Shown here: positions 50,756 to 52,346 of the stretch, in pieces
Layout of the letters: each line of letters begins with the position of its first letter
How positions within the stretch are numbered: the first letter of the stretch is position 1
Origin: Octopus sinensis
Lineage: Eukaryota
Reading direction: 5' to 3'
NCBI RefSeq assembly: GCF_006345805.1
Contig: NW_021833972.1
Span: 1 to 52,346, forward strand
Length of the DNA: 52,346 nt
Notes under the pieces: model-generated
Database searches by the model: none
What the model was told of the DNA's origin: nothing
What the model saw: only the letters and a program-made list of their open reading frames with translations
Program-made: the position numbers and the translations under genes

Positions 50756-50895
50756 CAAATATTCACTTGTGCCGTCTGTTCCTATCAGGAATTAGGATGG
50801 TCAAAGATTCCATAATTGCAGGAGGTGATGTTCACCATCATATTCGATGGGCGAACTTAGTAGGAGGGAGGGCGTAAAGATGGACAACGAGATCG

Positions 50896-50933
50896 TATCA
50901 TCTTCATCATCGTCATCATCGTCATCATCATCG

Positions 50934-50973
<40 letters not shown>

Positions 50974-51095
50974 TGTCATCATCATCGTCATCATCATCAT
51001 CATCATCATCATCATCGTCGTCATCATCCTCATCATCATCATCGTCATCGTCGTCATCACCTTCATCATCGTCATCATCATCATCACTATCATCG
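50896..51095. repeat. (TCA/TCG)n microsatellite
   Basis: Direct inspection. Confidence 0.95.
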
Positions 51096-51872
51096 TCTAT
51101 ACCATCCTAATGCTTTTGCTTATCTTCTGTTTTGTAATCGTTCTTTTCCTTGTCTTCCTCCCCCTCCCCCTCTGCCTCATCATCATCATCATAATCGTCA
51201 CCATTGTCATGAAGATCATTATCATCATCATCGTCGTCATCATCATCATCATCATCATCATCGTCCACATTCATTCGAGAATTAATTTAATCTATTTGAC
51301 ATGATTATCTGTTGTTGTTTTGTTGTTGTTGTTGTTGTTATTGTTTTGTTTCCCTGAGTGAAAAAATCTCATTTCAGTCGTCTTTATTCTTTTCTAGTCA
51401 TCCTCCTCCCTCTCTCACCCATCTCCTTCACTTACTCCCTCAGTCTTACTCTCCCTCTCTATCTCCCTCTCCCTCTTTCTCCTCTCCTTCTCTTTCTCGT
51501 TTCCTTCAATTATAAAATGTCAGTTTTTAGTTTTAGCCATTTTAAAAATTATTATTATTATTTTGTAGTTGCAGATTATTTTACAGTGATTGTAGTTTCC
51601 GGTGGTTGATAATCTGTTACACAACTTCTCGTTGCTGCTAGTGCCGGTGGTGCTGCTGCTGCTTCTGCTGCTGCTGCTGATGGTAACTAATGGAAGAAGA
51701 CGGAATATTAGATTCCACACTTGTTTCTTTGACTAACTTCACTCACCATACACACACACACACACTCACACAAAATTACGCGCATACAAAACACACACAC
51801 ACACCACACGTCAGATACTTTTACACCAAATTCTCTTTCAAAAGACCGAAAATATTTCATTTCTTCGTTTGC

Positions 51873-51910
<38 letters not shown>

Positions 51911-52346
51911 CAATGAATATTTCTAAATTATTTAAATTATTTTTTCACATTTACTGCTTTTTGCCTGTTTTGAGGAGACTTCATTATGGTAATAAGGAAT
52001 AAATCAGTGATGATGATGATGAGGAGGAGGAGGAGGATGGTGGTGGTGGTGGTGGTAGTGTTCGTGGTGTAGTGGTGGTGTTCGTGTGGTGGTGGTTGTG
52101 GTTGTGGTGGTGGTATTCGTGGTGTGGTGGTGGTGTTCGTGGTGGTGGTGGTTGTGGTGGTGGTGTTCGTGGTGGTGGTGGTGGTGGTGGTTGTGGTTGT
52201 GCTGATGGAAGTAGTTTGGTGTCGAAATATATAAATGTCGTAAATGCACGAATGCACCTTCAGCCTCGTTCTGATTTCATGCCTTGCAATAATATTCCAG
52301 TCGATCTTTGTCAATATCTTTAGATTGTCCGGAACCAAATCTCCAA

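Noticed and set aside
83-52338. Most ORFs in the supplied track (poly-Y/I, H/T, L, S, V, E, R)
   Set aside because: They are translations of (TA)n, (CA)n, (CTA)n, (TCT)n, (GGT)n and (GATA)n tracts or of SINEs, with no independent coding evidence.

Overview
A 52-kb AT-rich, microsatellite-dense eukaryotic window. The SINE families look like those of Octopus; this is recognition from memory, not a database match. No complete protein-coding gene, rRNA, tRNA gene or CRISPR array can be supported, and almost all ORFs in the track are microsatellite translations. The window is a mosaic of three tRNA-derived SINE families, five MITEs (GG termini, 29-bp TIRs, 8-bp TSDs, Merlin-like) carrying internal TTAGGG arrays, two non-autonomous Helitrons, a decayed RTE LINE 3' end and an LTR-like insert. 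The strongest signal is a set of (TA)n-embedded, head-to-head fold-back insertions from several unrelated hammerhead-ribozyme (HHR) families. These include a 3-kb Penelope-like GIY-YIG palindrome with a minimal HHR near each end, a 0.7-kb palindrome with two full HHRs, and a non-coding ~454-nt terminally redundant unit with a fully canonical HHR (retrozyme-like). The two full HHR families share an unusual branched, extended stem II. A weak three-exon minus-strand gene model is also noted. All folds were paired by eye and activity is untested.
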